Shown piece after piece: positions 19,341 through 29,087 of a stretch of DNA of 64,000 bases. Under the pieces are notes generated by a model, which saw nothing but the letters and a program-made list of their open reading frames with translations, was not told the origin of the DNA and did no database searches. Within the stretch, counting starts at the first letter, position 1. Every line of letters starts with the position of its first letter. Source of the DNA: Armatimonadota bacterium (GTDB lineage: Bacteria; Armatimonadota; UBA5829; DTLH01); NCBI GenBank assembly GCA_039679675.1, contig JBDKUN010000042.1:1-64000 (forward strand), read 5' to 3'. Made by a program: the position numbers and the translations under genes.

Positions 19341-20260
19341 TAATGCCCTCCCCTGACGGTATCGACGAACAATTTCTCCAGAGTCCGCCGTCGCGGGTTG
19401 ACCGAAACAAGCGATGCATCTGACTTGAGCAGAAGGTCTATTACCGGATTGAGAGATTCCTCGCTCTGAGCGTAAGCAGTGAGCCTGTCCGCATGAAGCT
19501 CACACTCATCGACCATTGGTTTGATCTTCTCAACCATCTGGTCATCTACCTTGTCGGCAATTATCTCCACCTGTTTTGTGGTGAGCAGTTCCTTCACATC
19601 TCCCATCATTGCAAGTTTACCGCCGACCAGGATGGCGACCCTGTTCGCGATTATCTCGATATCACCAAGTTGATGTGAGCTGACGAAAACGGTCTTTCCC
19701 TGCTCTCTGAGATCGAGAATAATATTGCAAATATCGGCATGCGCTATAGGATCAAGGCCGGATGTAGGCTCATCCAGAAAAACCAGGTCCGGATCATTCA
19801 GAAGTGCCTGCGCGATTCCGACCCGCTGCAGCATACCTTTGGAATAATGTCTGAGTTGTTTGTCAGCGGCTTCCGCTAGTCCCACGGACTTGAGCAGCTC
19901 ATCTATGCGATCTTTTTGAATGCTCTTGTCGATCTTGAACAAATTCGCGTAGAACACAAGAATCTCACGCACGCTCATGTGCTCGTAAAAATATGGACTT
20001 TCCGGCAAGTAACTGATCTTCGCTTTTACTTCAATGTCCCCAGCAGGCCTGCCGAGAACCTTGACTTTACCGGCGGATGGAAACAGAAGTCCGAGAAGTA
20101 TCTTTATTGTGGTGGTTTTCCCTGCTCCGTTAGGTCCGAGGAAACCGAATATTTCGCCTTCCTTAACTTCAAGGTTCAGATCGTTTACCGCGATGAGTTC
20201 ACCGCCCATCGGGCTTTTGAACCTTTTTGTCAGACCCTGGATTTCTATGGCTGCTGCCAA
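19340..20260 (-). CDS. ABC transporter ATP-binding protein (PilH-like)
   Basis: Walker A GPNGAGKT, signature YSKGM, Walker B FLDEPTSGLD. TTG start with GGAGG RBS. Confidence 0.95.
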   Translation of the reverse strand: MAAAIEIQGLTKRFKSPMGGELIAVNDLNLEVKEGEIFGFLGPNGAGKTTTIKILLGLLFPSAGKVKVLGRPAGDIEVKAKISYLPESPYFYEHMSVREILVFYANLFKIDKSIQKDRIDELLKSVGLAEAADKQLRHYSKGMLQRVGIAQALLNDPDLVFLDEPTSGLDPIAHADICNIILDLREQGKTVFVSSHQLGDIEIIANRVAILVGGKLAMMGDVKELLTTKQVEIIADKVDDQMVEKIKPMVDECELHADRLTAYAQSEESLNPVIDLLLKSDASLVSVNPRRRTLEKLFVDTVRGGH

Positions 20261-20327
20261 ATCCGTAACCTCCAGTGACTAAAAGTATTTCAGATTATGA
20301 GACAAACTCGGCTGTATGTCCCACAAA

Positions 20328-20356
20328 AGTATACCTTTGCCTATGTAGTGTGTCAA
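20328..20356 (-). promoter_or_regulatory. sigma70 promoter of the ABC operon, flanked by repeated operator-like half-sites
   Basis: Minus strand TTGACA-N17-TATACT; GTCCCACA (20318) and TGTGGGAC (20367) flank it as an inverted repeat. Confidence 0.75.
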
Positions 20357-20468
20357 CAAAAGCCAATGTGGGACAAAGAGACCGTATCTATTCTCTAATA
20401 CGGGGCTTAAGTCCGCCTGGTTCCCGGAATTTTGGCAAATTCAGCAGTTAATGATGGGTTACCTTCAC

Positions 20469-21332
20469 TTAGCCGTGCCCTCTGCTTCGGCGGGCGGGAG
20501 GAACTGTTGGGCGTTCATATGGGACGGGGATATATTCCACGCTTGGGCGGTGCGCACCAGGCTGAGGATAAAGTTTCATCAGGCTGTAGACTTCGTTCGG
20601 CATATCAATCGTAACATGCAGTTTGAGCATCTCAGCTTCTTCTATCGTAATAGGATAATCATGCGTCCATCGGCCTTCGGTAAGGATTTTCGCGACTTCA
20701 TCAGCCTGGGCCGGGGGCATTTTGCCGTCAAGTATCCTCCGCACGAGGTACCTTACCTGCTTCTGCGCTTTCACTGCAACATCGGCCAATATCAGCGTCC
20801 GATCGTCTATCTCATTTATCGCTTTACGCTCGATCACTGTAAGTACCGATGCGGCAGGATACTCCCCCAATTGCGGATCAATGGGCCCCAGGACTGCATT
20901 TTTATCCATTACTATCTCATCGGCAGCAAGTGCGACCAGTGTGCCGCCTGACATTGCATAATGGGGGACGAAAATCGTTACCTTTGCTTTATGGGCCTTG
21001 ATAGCCAGTGCAATCTGTTCGCTTGCAAGCACAAGGCCGCCGGGAGTATGCAGCACCAGATCTATCGGCATGTCTGGAGGCGTCAGTCTGATTGCACGGA
21101 GAATTTCTTCGCTGTCTTCTATATTTATATAACGAAATAAGGGAAAACCCAAAAACGCCATCTGCTCCTGACGATGAATCATAACAATCACCCTGGAACG
21201 GCGTCTTCGCTCCAAATCATGGATGAGTCTGATGCGCGCATTCATCAACGCGCGCTGCCTGAATATAGGTAAAAAGAAAGCTATGATAAAGATTAGCCAG
21301 AAAACTTGTCCAATTATGCCCGCATAATCCAT
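20469..21332 (-). CDS. SDH family Clp-fold serine proteinase
   Basis: LHTPGG, PHYAMSGGT, LGPIDPQ and WTHDYPI motifs; N-terminal TM. Confidence 0.9.
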   Translation of the reverse strand: MDYAGIIGQVFWLIFIIAFFLPIFRQRALMNARIRLIHDLERRRRSRVIVMIHRQEQMAFLGFPLFRYINIEDSEEILRAIRLTPPDMPIDLVLHTPGGLVLASEQIALAIKAHKAKVTIFVPHYAMSGGTLVALAADEIVMDKNAVLGPIDPQLGEYPAASVLTVIERKAINEIDDRTLILADVAVKAQKQVRYLVRRILDGKMPPAQADEVAKILTEGRWTHDYPITIEEAEMLKLHVTIDMPNEVYSLMKLYPQPGAHRPSVEYIPVPYERPTVPPARRSRGHG

Positions 21333-21437
21333 ATCTTTCTCCACCGGACAGCGAATGTCTCAACATTATACCCAGAAATAGAGGATAGAAAGGAATGAGG
21401 TATGAATGGTGCAAATCTCCACTAATTTCTTTGGACT

Positions 21438-21782
21438 GCGGAAGCGGCAGCTTCCGCTTTTCTATCGGCATCCGCTATCCGTCATTTTGAAACGCGAATC
21501 ACGCGGATTTAACGGATTTCGCGAATGGTGGAGACCTAAAGCATCTACTTTTAGCTACTACTCTCCACCAATTTGGGAAGCTTTCCTGGATGCTGAATCA
21601 AGTTCAGCATGACGTTTTCCCTTTGCTTCGGACCGCTTGCTCTCGCATCATCTACGATGATGCTGCCGCGACAGCGTTTTCGAAGAAAGCGCGATAGCTG
21701 CCGAAGCCGACACTGCAGGTGTCGAGAAATTGACAATGCTTCGCGCGTCTTTTGCGCTTCTTCGCGCACTTCGCGATTCAGA
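21438..21782. repeat. Cluster of REP-like palindromes and short TTCGCG/CGCGAA repeats
   Basis: GCGGAAGC-GGCA-GCTTCCGC; ATGCTGAA-TCAAG-TTCAGCAT; GCATCATC-TAC-GATGATGC; CGACAC-TGCAG-GTGTCG; repeated TTCGCG. Confidence 0.6.
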
Positions 21783-21834
21783 ATCTTTGATACCGCTTCG
21801 AAATAAGATACGTGAGACCCCGCATGTTACTGGC

Positions 21835-21864
21835 TTGGTACCGGCCATCCATATGGTATATAAT
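21835..21864 (+). promoter_or_regulatory. Possible sigma70 promoter of the giant PQQ-repeat gene
   Basis: TTGGTA-N18-TATAAT. Confidence 0.35.
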
Positions 21865-22022
21865 CTTTATTAGATGTAATACGGCTGGGCCGAGAACGGA
21901 ACATTTGGGTCCGCGAGAGAGTCTTATTTATGAATTAACAGCCGAATTATGTGGTTCCAACGACACACGGTCTGGCGGCAATCGGTTTTTGCCAGTCTGA
22001 GACCGATTGAGTGGGTAGGTCT

Positions 22023-25000
22023 ATGGGATACAAGAGTCGCAGCATTAAAGTCACCTTAGTTTTAGCATTCATCCTCGTTGCAGGGTCAGTTTTCGCCCAA
22101 TCCGACTGGAAAACGTACCACTATGACGACGGCAGGCTCGGAGTCAATGAAGCAGAAGGTGGTCTGTCCGGACAGAGCATCAGTCTTGTCTGGACATTTC
22201 CAAGATACGATGTACTGAACACAAAAGAAGCTGATTCCTCATACATCGTCGATATGCCCGAAAAAGCCGGCACTGGAGATCTTCTGCCCAACGAAACAGC
22301 ATGGCAGAAGCTAAGCGGTATGGGAACGCAAAGCCGTCCGGGAAACTACTACGGCAGCGACTTTTATTGGATCAGGGCCACAACTCCAAGCGGTCCCGCG
22401 GCAGCGAAAGCTTCCGCAAAGTGGAACTTCTCAAGCACAACTCTTCCCGAAGGGCTTTACACGGTACAGGTATGGTTCCCTTCATCCGGGGGAGGAAAAG
22501 TCAATTCATCCAAAGTAAGCTATACCGTTCATTACAAGGGCGGCAGCAGCAACTATGTAATAGACCAGAGCACAGGCGGCAGGTGGGTCACACTGGGGTC
22601 TGGCGCTCTTTATATGAATTCAAGCAGTTATATCGAGATGTCCAACATCACTGATGACGCAGACCAGGATGGTATTGATGTTATCGTCTGCGCGGACGCC
22701 GTCCGATTCGTCCCTTCGTCGGGAATGGAAATTTACTCATCTCCCGCAGCATCGTCCAGTGCGCCGGTCGGAATCACCGGTGAAGACATTCCGGCTGTAT
22801 GGATCGGCACCATTGAGACACCAATTGCGTCCCTCGCAGAGGGAATGGATGATTTTGGAGCAGTTTACTGTGTCCGAAGCTACAAGGGAACTACCGGGAT
22901 CAACTATTCGGATTTGCTGGACTCTTCGTCATCGGTATGGGATACCAATAACGAAGTAAAATACGTCGGAACAGCAGCATGGCGCTATCCACGCGCAGGA
23001 GCGTTCGACTCTAACAGCGACGGCACCGCAAAATCGCCGAACAGCCGGTTTCCCCTTGAAGGCCCAATCGGAGGGTTCCACGGCCTCGGCGGAGTCTATT
23101 CTTCACCTACATTGGTCGGCAGCGGCTCCTCCAGATATATTGTTTTCGGCGGCATGGACGGACAGGTTTACTGCCTCAATGCTAACACAGGCGACCTTGT
23201 GTGGAAGGGGCCTGGCGTTACGATTTCCGAGCCTTCATGCCCGACTACCTGGACACTCGTCAACGGCAGATATGATGCATTCGGAGGGTCATTTCTGGCA
23301 GGGCCCACTGTAAAAGATTCAGCCAGTGAGGTAAAAATAGCATGGGATATTACCTCCACATCTTCTGATCCCGGTGTCGATTCCTTAAAAACTGACGGTA
23401 CAGGACACAAGTATGCTATCTACGCATGGATACCGGCAAGGAACACGACAACAGAGACAGTTAACCGCTCCAAGGACGCTGCTTACTGCATCACCTACTG
23501 GGATCCGGTCAATTCAAAGGAACGGACCGAGTGGGCACGCGTAGACCAGCGCGACCCAAGCGAAAATGTCGGCAGCATCAGCGAATATAACTGCGGAACC
23601 TGGGTCAAGATAGGAAACGATTACTGGAACCCGCGAAAAATCGAGCTTTCAAATGTATCTCAGACAGGAGACACCGACCGGGCGGTAATAGCCGACGCAA
23701 TTATGGTAGTCCCTGCCGAGATTGGAGCTTTCAGCTACTCGACAGCAATATCAGACGGCTCTAATGTCTATATCGGCAATACAAACGGCCGTGTATATGC
23801 GTTCGCGTTGAAGTCCAACTATTCGGCGTCATCGAAAGCAGCAACGCTTTCGTGGACTTTCCCCAAAGTCCAGACGAAAAGCCCGATCACTGAAGTCGAT
23901 GACTCACTCGCAAGCCCGTTCGGCTCGCTGGTTTCCTCCCCTGCCCTGACTTCAGGAAATCTGATGGTCTCGTCTATGGACGGCAGTGTCTATGATATTA
24001 CCAACCTTACCGGCGGTGAGAAAGGCGTCAAACTGGCTTGGAAGTTCAAAGCAACATCCGTAGGCGGCACGTCCGAGGCCTTCAGCTCATCTCCTGCAAT
24101 TTACGGAGACAAGGTATACACCGCATCGGTAGGCGGGCGGCTTTACGCCATCAATATCAATGACGGAACATGCGCATGGTCCTGTCCAAACGCATCGGCG
24201 TCCGAAGCTCCGCTTTCAGCGTTCAGGTTTTCCACTCCGGCAGCCTACGACGCAGGGATATTCTGCGGTTCTACCGGTGGAAAGGTCTACGGGTTCACGA
24301 ACACAGGCGGCTACATCGCTGATACAACGTTTACCCCGCCTAATATGTATGCTCCTATTCAGGGGTCCGTCGCAATCGATGACAAGAACATGTATATAGG
24401 GACCGTCGGAACAGGCGACGGCGATGACGGCGGAATCTGGTGGGTGAACCGTGACAACGGACAAACAGCTGATATTACCGGCACATGGACTTATTCCGGT
24501 TACAGCGATCTTGGTATGGTCTTCTCTTCGCCTGCCGTAGCCAACGACTATTTATATGTCGGGACAGGCAAGGGCCGGTTGTGCGCGTTCTCGTCATTGG
24601 CATTCGGAGGCGCATGGGTCGGCGGCGGAAAAGGTATGGCGGGCCAGCCGCCGTTCCATCGTCAGTCTGCACCGAACCCGGCAAAAACTTCGCAGGTAGA
24701 TATATACAACCCGACTGTTTACAAAGAGACACTTGATGCGTTTCAGTCGCTGGTTGCTGCCGGTACATCGACCAATTCGGACGTAATAGGCACGCTTCTT
24801 GCGGGCGCTTCCAGCAACGACACCAAGCTGTTTGTCGACAGCGCGTTTGACGGGTCCGAAGCCCAAAACATCGACGGCCATAAGAGAGCATTTCCTTACG
24901 GAGCATCGGGTTCACTCGGAACCGGCGACAGACAGGTATATCTTGAGTGGGGAGAGGACCTCTACCTGATCGCATGGAACCTTCCTCCGCTGAAAGAATT

Positions 25001-28000
25001 GGTAGGCGGCGATCCGACATCCACAACAGGGGTCGGCACTTCAACTCAGAAGGGCTGCATCAATTTTAAATTCAATAATTCGGGGTCCGGGTCATCATCG
25101 GGCGGAACTATAAACCCCAAGAACGCGGACTACCTGTTCGAATATAAGACTTCTGACGTCGATTCAAACAATCTCCCGATCTACCGGTGCGTAGCGTTTG
25201 CCAAGGTCGAGCTGACCGGCAGCGGACAGAACCAGCCTTCGCCGGGAACCGGGTGGAATGTCACTCTTCAGGTCTCAAGAAACTCTGCCACCGACCCGCT
25301 CGGCATTATGCCGCTTCTTTCCGGAACACCTGGCAGCTTTAGCGTCAAAGATAAGAGCAAATGGGACCCGCAGCCGGTCGGGATCAACAACCCGCTCGCT
25401 ATTTGTGATGATGGTTATTATCCGACAGGTAACAGCGGTACTTCGACAGGTCTGGGATGGCCTACTGCTAATTCCGACGGCACATACAGGCCGAACCGGG
25501 ACGAGCCTACCGCCCATTTCAACGGCAACTCGATCATAGAAACAGACACTACCACCGGCACGAGCAAAATAACCAAGTCGATAATGCCGCATGTCTACCT
25601 TGGCCAGGCGCAGCACGGATCCAGCAGCCGGGTAGCACCGCTTAAGGTAATGGACCGAAGCGCGACGGGGCTAAAGTCTACTGTAGTCAACGGCGTCGTC
25701 ACATGGAACAATTTAATCAAGAATTTCAGGATCCAGACCGCTGACCTTCACTGGAATGAAAGCTCAAATCCGATAAATCCGCTGCCCTGGGACCGCCTTC
25801 CCTACGTCGATATACTGGGGTGCACCAGCAGGCAGCAAACGGACTATCCGGACATTACGAAACGAGCCGAGCGGTTCCAGAAGGATACTGGAGACCCGTC
25901 TGTCGACAGCAATACACTTCTGCCCGCGTTGCCGAAGAATGTGGACGACCCTGACAATACCAATTATGATGAATCCCGGCTTCAGGCCGAGACAATCGAT
26001 GCGTGGATAGAAGTTCCCAAATATCAACCGGCCAATACTTACGGCCCTGGTTACGTGGCGACGGCCATCGCTTATATAGACAGCAATAGTGACGGAACCT
26101 GCAACCTTGGAAACCAGGTAAGCGGGCGTCCGACGTCATATATCGAGGCACACAGATATTTCCTCCTGTCCTCTGATGTCCTGCCGGATTACCATATCGT
26201 TGTAGAAAAACCGCTGACCATAGATATAGTGGGAGCGGACAAGTCTGCAGCGCCGCATGGCCTGGGGGTATACCTTGATTCCAGCACACTCACCGATTGG
26301 TGGAAGGAATTCACGGTACAAAATCTGGGAAACGTCAACTTGTATGACATCAAGATAGCGAAATATGTCTCAAACGGAGGTAATCCGTGGACGGTCAACC
26401 TTTATTCTGACAGTGTAAGTCCGTATTTCCCTATTCTTGGATATGGTATCACTAATACGACACCCAGTTACCAGTTCGGTATAGTGAGTTCGTTCGATGG
26501 ATGGGACCCTAAGTGGGGAAGCATCAACACGGAACCGTTTATAACCACCGGCTACGGCTACACACTTTCAAAAGCACGTGTGGGAGACGTTGACCCGACA
26601 AGACTCACCATTCCGGACCAGAGGAAGTGCGATGTATGGCCGAACGTTACGAGTGCTGCGATTGACAGCAAAGGCGGCAGCAATAACACCGGAATCGATC
26701 CGAGTGTAAGCGTGGTCGTTCCGCTCACACAGCCTACCGGAAGCTACAGCGCGCTTGTGCCGGTCTTCGCCGATATGCAGAATAATAACAATGTTCTCGA
26801 CATCGGAAAAGAAGCATATACTGACCCGACATTCAGGCTCAATGTGTCTGTTGCCGAAGACAGGTTGACCGGCGGTTCGACACCCGGCTCCATTACCCAG
26901 ATCGATCCTTCGCAGGATCCGAACCCGGACCCAAATAAGAAGTTCATCTGCGGCGATACGCAACCGGCAGCGTGGCGTGATCCGTCGACCGGCAATACAT
27001 TCCTTTTCTGGTCATCGAACAGGTCCACATCGACCACCGTGCATGTCGCTCCTAACGCACCCTGGTACATAAGGTGGGCTTCACTGTTATACGATAAGGG
27101 GAACGATACAGCACCAGGAACATATTCATGGAAAGCTGCTGATACCGACACATCGAACACCAGATGGTGGGCTACGCCACTGAACTCTGCAGCAGCTACA
27201 ACCGGACCGGCGGCTGCCGCGTCAGACAAACTACCAGCATCCGGTTGGCCTGTGGCACTTCCGAACCTTCTGGATGACTCTATCAAGTATTCCTCGCCGT
27301 TTGCAGCTATGAACCTGGATACTATTTCACCGGACAACCAAATGAGAGTCTGGCTGTTCTGGCAGGGGCAGGCCGATGCAATCGACCCGGTGACTAAGAA
27401 GGTAAACAGGGAAAGCCGTATATTCTACACCCTGGCAGCAGGCGGGTCTTCGACAGATGTCGGACAGATATACACGTTCAACGATGATGTTAATCTCACA
27501 AAATTGAACCCGCGCGCAATCGCCTACAACAGCGACCAGAACGAGATCCTATGGCTTATGTGGCATGGAGGTGATTCAGGACGGTGGAGCCTATTCGGTA
27601 ACCTGAACATTTCACCGCTCACAAGCAATAATCCTGGTAATTGGAGCGGAGATGTAAGGTTCGTTACACCCGGTTGCCTTGTTTCCGTAGCTGAACCATC
27701 GCCGGTCCACAGAACGATAGGCAGCACCGATATTGCTGACCGTGACCATTATATAGATGTGGCTTATACCGGAGCGTCCAAATACGACCAGACATCCGAT
27801 ATAATCTTCACACGCTATAAATGGACCGGGACTAACACCGGCCCGTCGGTAAATGCTGTGAAGCTGCCTCGCGTTTACGACGAAGAGTTGGCACGCGACT
27901 CGAAGAGAAATGTCTACACTTCTGAGCATCTGGCCTGGGTAAAAGCGAGAAGCGCCGGAGCCATAGACGACGATGTGCTCTCAAGCACCGACGACAGCTT

Positions 28001-28955
28001 GAGATACCTGCCTGTTATTCGAGTCAAACTGGCCGATGATTACACTACAGATGACGGTGTCGCTTTCACTAAAGGCACTATCGTGAGCGGCACTGATGGA
28101 AGTATAACCAAACCTAATAATACTGTTTCGACGGCCGGGACCGCCATCGCTCCTGAGATCGATCATGCCACCGGAGTGTATACGTATACTCTTTCTGGCG
28201 ATGCAGGCAGCCTGCTGGGCAAAATGCTTGTGGACTATTCAGCTGGAATCGTCCGGTTCACAAATCCGCTTCCGCCAAAGACCAAGGTATTCGCGTTCTA
28301 TACGCCGCAGTCCAAAAGGCTTACTCACGGATCCGAGCAGGACAGCGCTCCCTTCATGTTCATCGAAAAGACTGATATGAATAGCACCAATTATACCCCT
28401 CCAGGGTTCGGGCCTGCCGGCTTCAAGGGCGTTGCCCCAACAGACAGGCTCTGGCTATTCTGGCGCAAGCCTAGTACAAGCGGTGTTCAGGCAAGCACCA
28501 TCTATTACAAGACATATAGAATTACCGCAACGCTGAGTAATCCGATAGACATGGCTTCTAATGGAAAGCCGACAGCAGATATTACGGTTGACCATGCCTT
28601 CGGGCCATACGAAGTAAGCTGGGACGGGAAAAAGATATACTTCACCAGCGTTGACGAAAGGTATCCGGGACTTTCTCCAAACACTCTGGACCCAGTAACG
28701 ATCACGTTCAGACAAAAGGGAGGCTCCTCAACCGATAGAGTAACCGAAACCTTCGACACACTCTCCTGGGAAGAGGAACTGCCCGAAACGGCGCTCCCTA
28801 CCAGGCTCCGTGTGAATGAGGGCCAGGTATGCGCATTCACTGATCCCTGCATCCAACCTTCCAGGGTTTGGGTTTTCTGGTCCAGCACTCGTGCAGGCGA
28901 AAGTGACCTGTATTACCAGACAATAAGCCCCAATTTCAGGGCTGTATTACCGTAG
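22023..28955 (+). CDS. Giant secreted protein (~2310 aa): PQQ-like beta-propeller repeats, two golvesin/Xly-CBD-like domains and a C-terminal propeller; candidate PilY1-like adhesin
   Basis: Signal peptide. SSPA/STPA...G-DG-VY...W blades. Y-V-VW-P...VDQ...G-WV-LG...ADA(V/I) domains twice. C-terminal (L/V)W(L/V)FW blades. Confidence 0.8.
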   Translation: MGYKSRSIKVTLVLAFILVAGSVFAQSDWKTYHYDDGRLGVNEAEGGLSGQSISLVWTFPRYDVLNTKEADSSYIVDMPEKAGTGDLLPNETAWQKLSGMGTQSRPGNYYGSDFYWIRATTPSGPAAAKASAKWNFSSTTLPEGLYTVQVWFPSSGGGKVNSSKVSYTVHYKGGSSNYVIDQSTGGRWVTLGSGALYMNSSSYIEMSNITDDADQDGIDVIVCADAVRFVPSSGMEIYSSPAASSSAPVGITGEDIPAVWIGTIETPIASLAEGMDDFGAVYCVRSYKGTTGINYSDLLDSSSSVWDTNNEVKYVGTAAWRYPRAGAFDSNSDGTAKSPNSRFPLEGPIGGFHGLGGVYSSPTLVGSGSSRYIVFGGMDGQVYCLNANTGDLVWKGPGVTISEPSCPTTWTLVNGRYDAFGGSFLAGPTVKDSASEVKIAWDITSTSSDPGVDSLKTDGTGHKYAIYAWIPARNTTTETVNRSKDAAYCITYWDPVNSKERTEWARVDQRDPSENVGSISEYNCGTWVKIGNDYWNPRKIELSNVSQTGDTDRAVIADAIMVVPAEIGAFSYSTAISDGSNVYIGNTNGRVYAFALKSNYSASSKAATLSWTFPKVQTKSPITEVDDSLASPFGSLVSSPALTSGNLMVSSMDGSVYDITNLTGGEKGVKLAWKFKATSVGGTSEAFSSSPAIYGDKVYTASVGGRLYAININDGTCAWSCPNASASEAPLSAFRFSTPAAYDAGIFCGSTGGKVYGFTNTGGYIADTTFTPPNMYAPIQGSVAIDDKNMYIGTVGTGDGDDGGIWWVNRDNGQTADITGTWTYSGYSDLGMVFSSPAVANDYLYVGTGKGRLCAFSSLAFGGAWVGGGKGMAGQPPFHRQSAPNPAKTSQVDIYNPTVYKETLDAFQSLVAAGTSTNSDVIGTLLAGASSNDTKLFVDSAFDGSEAQNIDGHKRAFPYGASGSLGTGDRQVYLEWGEDLYLIAWNLPPLKELVGGDPTSTTGVGTSTQKGCINFKFNNSGSGSSSGGTINPKNADYLFEYKTSDVDSNNLPIYRCVAFAKVELTGSGQNQPSPGTGWNVTLQVSRNSATDPLGIMPLLSGTPGSFSVKDKSKWDPQPVGINNPLAICDDGYYPTGNSGTSTGLGWPTANSDGTYRPNRDEPTAHFNGNSIIETDTTTGTSKITKSIMPHVYLGQAQHGSSSRVAPLKVMDRSATGLKSTVVNGVVTWNNLIKNFRIQTADLHWNESSNPINPLPWDRLPYVDILGCTSRQQTDYPDITKRAERFQKDTGDPSVDSNTLLPALPKNVDDPDNTNYDESRLQAETIDAWIEVPKYQPANTYGPGYVATAIAYIDSNSDGTCNLGNQVSGRPTSYIEAHRYFLLSSDVLPDYHIVVEKPLTIDIVGADKSAAPHGLGVYLDSSTLTDWWKEFTVQNLGNVNLYDIKIAKYVSNGGNPWTVNLYSDSVSPYFPILGYGITNTTPSYQFGIVSSFDGWDPKWGSINTEPFITTGYGYTLSKARVGDVDPTRLTIPDQRKCDVWPNVTSAAIDSKGGSNNTGIDPSVSVVVPLTQPTGSYSALVPVFADMQNNNNVLDIGKEAYTDPTFRLNVSVAEDRLTGGSTPGSITQIDPSQDPNPDPNKKFICGDTQPAAWRDPSTGNTFLFWSSNRSTSTTVHVAPNAPWYIRWASLLYDKGNDTAPGTYSWKAADTDTSNTRWWATPLNSAAATTGPAAAASDKLPASGWPVALPNLLDDSIKYSSPFAAMNLDTISPDNQMRVWLFWQGQADAIDPVTKKVNRESRIFYTLAAGGSSTDVGQIYTFNDDVNLTKLNPRAIAYNSDQNEILWLMWHGGDSGRWSLFGNLNISPLTSNNPGNWSGDVRFVTPGCLVSVAEPSPVHRTIGSTDIADRDHYIDVAYTGASKYDQTSDIIFTRYKWTGTNTGPSVNAVKLPRVYDEELARDSKRNVYTSEHLAWVKARSAGAIDDDVLSSTDDSLRYLPVIRVKLADDYTTDDGVAFTKGTIVSGTDGSITKPNNTVSTAGTAIAPEIDHATGVYTYTLSGDAGSLLGKMLVDYSAGIVRFTNPLPPKTKVFAFYTPQSKRLTHGSEQDSAPFMFIEKTDMNSTNYTPPGFGPAGFKGVAPTDRLWLFWRKPSTSGVQASTIYYKTYRITATLSNPIDMASNGKPTADITVDHAFGPYEVSWDGKKIYFTSVDERYPGLSPNTLDPVTITFRQKGGSSTDRVTETFDTLSWEEELPETALPTRLRVNEGQVCAFTDPCIQPSRVWVFWSSTRAGESDLYYQTISPNFRAVLP

Positions 28956-29010
28956 AACCGGCTCACAACCGGATAAAGTCATATTTGAGCTTAAAAGTGA
29001 TTGATTTTGT

Positions 29011-29040
29011 TTGACACGTCAGCTCGTTTGATGATACGAT
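29011..29040 (+). promoter_or_regulatory. sigma70 promoter of pil module 1
   Basis: TTGACA-N18-TACGAT with extended -10 TGn, about 50 nt upstream of pilM. Confidence 0.7.
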
Positions 29041-29087
29041 TAGTTACTGGTAAGCTCTGCATTATTGAGGAATAGGAAAAACAGAGT

